From the sequence record PZ154896.1: a stretch of DNA of 64,000 bases; one strand, written 5' to 3'. Below the pieces are notes generated by a model that was not told the origin of the DNA, did not search any database, and worked only from the letters and a program-made list of their open reading frames with translations. The position numbers were made by a program, and so were the translations under genes. Shown piece by piece: positions 62,341 through 64,000 of this stretch (position 1 is the stretch's first letter; every line of letters starts with the position of its first letter). Origin of the DNA: a phage.

Positions 62341-63497
62341 TCCGGGTACCTCAAAGCGTCATCAGAGTTAGTTATATCAATAATAGATATAGAGTTTTCT
62401 GCTAACCCGTTTTTAGATAATTGACGTTTATAATATCTTTCACAATATGTACACGTCGTCCCGCAGATTTCATTAGCACAATCGAAATCTGGATGTCTGA
62501 ACCACCTTTTTTCTAAAAAGCCATCTAACAAAGAGGTTTCAATATTTACTGTATGTGAAAACTCTGTCTCATTTTCAAGAGTGAAAATGGTCTCTAAAGG
62601 CTTCCACAGTTCTAACAAATTACCTTCAAACTTTTCAGAAGCATAAGCTTCAAGAACTTTCAAAATGTAGTCTGTGCTACCTGTACGTCCTGAAACTTTG
62701 AATTGAGTGATACCAATATCATTATAAAGTTTCAAATCTTGAGGACGAACAAAACGAGTTCTCAACCAGTTAAATGGATCTGTATCACGAGCTTTAATAC
62801 AGTGCTGCATTGGATATCCATTTAAAGATTTGGCATCATCTACTGTAACATCGGTGCTATGGAAAATATAGCAAGAGTCACGATAACTACAATGTGTTGT
62901 ATACCCTTTACCAGCATTAGAACAGAACTCATTTACAAGAACTTCAAATATTATATTGTTCTTATTACAAAACTCTGCTGCACGCTTCAGGAAAGAAACT
63001 GAACGGTTCTTATGAATTCCGCAGCAGACCTTTTTGATATTATATTGGTCATGCAAGTATTTGATTTGAGTTACAGCATCGACATGTAGAATTGTTGAAA
63101 CTTCAATCTCAATGTCTTTATTGACTTCACGAACAATTTCCATAACAACAGGGTTAGCGATAGTAATACGCCATACGCCTATTGACCAAAGATACTGAAC
63201 ATAATCCTGAATAGCTTTCTTCTTCCACTCAACTAGTTCTCTTTTTGAACCAGGATTTATCGTGTTGAGTGTATAGTTAAAGCAAATACCTAATTCGTTA
63301 CAACGTTTAACGTAATCTTCTAACATCTTTTTGTCAACGTCAGGAAGCCTAAAATCAGGTCTGGCTGCTACAAAAGCCATTTCTCTTGTAGAGCCGTATA
63401 CTTCGTTTATCAAGCTATTAGGATAAGTTTTATTGAGCTCTACGATTTTATCAAGAAGAGCTAAATCAAAATTCGTTCCGATTTTAAAAGTATTCAT
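62337..63497 (-). CDS. Cys-rich TIM-barrel-like enzyme, tentatively U32 family (RlhA/TrhP/UbiU-like)
   Basis: 386 aa; blocks GTNFDLALLDKIVEL, NPVVMEIVREV..IEIEVS and HCSYRDSC resemble U32 motifs (AG.L..L.AAI, DPG.IMLVRE..P...IHLS, C-x6-C); extra C-terminal CX4CX3CX2C cluster. Confidence 0.45.
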   Translation of the reverse strand: MNTFKIGTNFDLALLDKIVELNKTYPNSLINEVYGSTREMAFVAARPDFRLPDVDKKMLEDYVKRCNELGICFNYTLNTINPGSKRELVEWKKKAIQDYVQYLWSIGVWRITIANPVVMEIVREVNKDIEIEVSTILHVDAVTQIKYLHDQYNIKKVCCGIHKNRSVSFLKRAAEFCNKNNIIFEVLVNEFCSNAGKGYTTHCSYRDSCYIFHSTDVTVDDAKSLNGYPMQHCIKARDTDPFNWLRTRFVRPQDLKLYNDIGITQFKVSGRTGSTDYILKVLEAYASEKFEGNLLELWKPLETIFTLENETEFSHTVNIETSLLDGFLEKRWFRHPDFDCANEICGTTCTYCERYYKRQLSKNGLAENSISIIDITNSDDALRYPE

Positions 63498-63552
63498 TTT
63501 TACATCTCGCGTTAATTGATGCGATGGTTTTTTGCAGGTCTTACTTAAATTA

Positions 63553-63954
63553 TTATAGATTCGGTTTATATGATTTAAATGTTTCGAATTCGCCTTTATT
63601 CATAAGAGCTTTGAATTCGTCAGGACGCATAGCTTTGTCGTCGATAATCCAATCATATACTGGTTTATGTGTTAGCAAATTATGGTACTTCAATCCAATG
63701 TTTGCCAAGTTCTGAATCAGACTTGGGAGAATGTCAATTGCTATACGACCAGGACCTACTGACTTCATACCGCGAGCAGTGTAAAGCGTTATTGTATGCC
63801 CTGCATCATACAGGGCATTAATGGCAGACACCATTTCGACGTCTGGTTTGAAGTTCACGTAATCACGATTGTTATTCCACTCTGTTATACAATCATCGAC
63901 ATCAAAACAAAGATTAAGCATGTTTTTTACACGGTGCATTAGATTCGTTCCCAT
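63553..63954 (-). CDS. HAD-superfamily phosphatase (small, capless)
   Basis: 133 aa; motif I FDVDDCIT, motif II ITLYTARG, motif III K (HKP), motif IV IIDDK. Confidence 0.6.
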   Translation of the reverse strand: MGTNLMHRVKNMLNLCFDVDDCITEWNNNRDYVNFKPDVEMVSAINALYDAGHTITLYTARGMKSVGPGRIAIDILPSLIQNLANIGLKYHNLLTHKPVYDWIIDDKAMRPDEFKALMNKGEFETFKSYKPNL

Positions 63955-64000
63955 TGATGAGTGATATCGCCACCGATTGGACGATAGGAAACACCAGTTT
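63955..64000 (-). CDS. 3' end of an upstream gene (partial, function unknown)
   Basis: Open reading frame continues on minus strand to window end. Confidence 0.3.

Overview
This window is a contiguous block of a T4-like (Tevenvirinae-type) myovirus genome, not T4 itself: recognisable proteins are roughly 65-90% identical to my recollection of T4 orthologues. Gene order is T4-syntenic. Early and middle genes run on the minus strand (decreasing coordinates): rIII, 31, cd, pseT, spanins, alc, rnlA, denA, nrdB, nrdA, td, frd, 32, 59, 33, dsbA, rnh, then asiA, motA, 52, ndd, denB, rIIB, rIIA, 39, dexA, dda, mod, soc, 56, 61, dmd, sp, 41, 40 and uvsX. The long-tail-fibre block 34-35-36-37-38 plus holin t lies on the plus strand at 19.2-29.4 kb. 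Regulatory signals are T4-like: GTTTAC/TATAAT early promoters, MotA-box middle promoters, TATAAATA late promoters, GC-hairpin terminators with cgaa/ttcg loops, and the gene 32 translational operator. td and nrdB are intron-less and gene 39 is one intact ORF. The most unusual content is at 59.9-64.0 kb, where the beta-glucosyltransferase/42/imm neighbourhood of T4 is replaced by a tightly coupled module: an HAD phosphatase, a Cys-rich enzyme I tentatively place in the U32 (RlhA/TrhP/UbiU-like) family, a strongly divergent gp42-family pyrimidine C5 enzyme, an orphan 299-aa protein and a thymidylate-kinase-like P-loop kinase. I read this as a candidate non-canonical DNA base-modification pathway. 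Other accessory genes stand out: an AroG-like DAHP synthase beside cd, a GT-B glycosyltransferase between rIIA.1 and 39, an Arr-like mini ADP-ribosyltransferase candidate translationally coupled to dmd, and a tandem triplet of paralogues next to dexA. Several sub-60-aa ORFs missing from the ORF track are proposed from manual translation. Every assignment rests on reading the translations and sequence motifs; no database search was run, and the ORF track evidently allows TTG starts, so several starts were moved to internal ATGs with Shine-Dalgarno sites.
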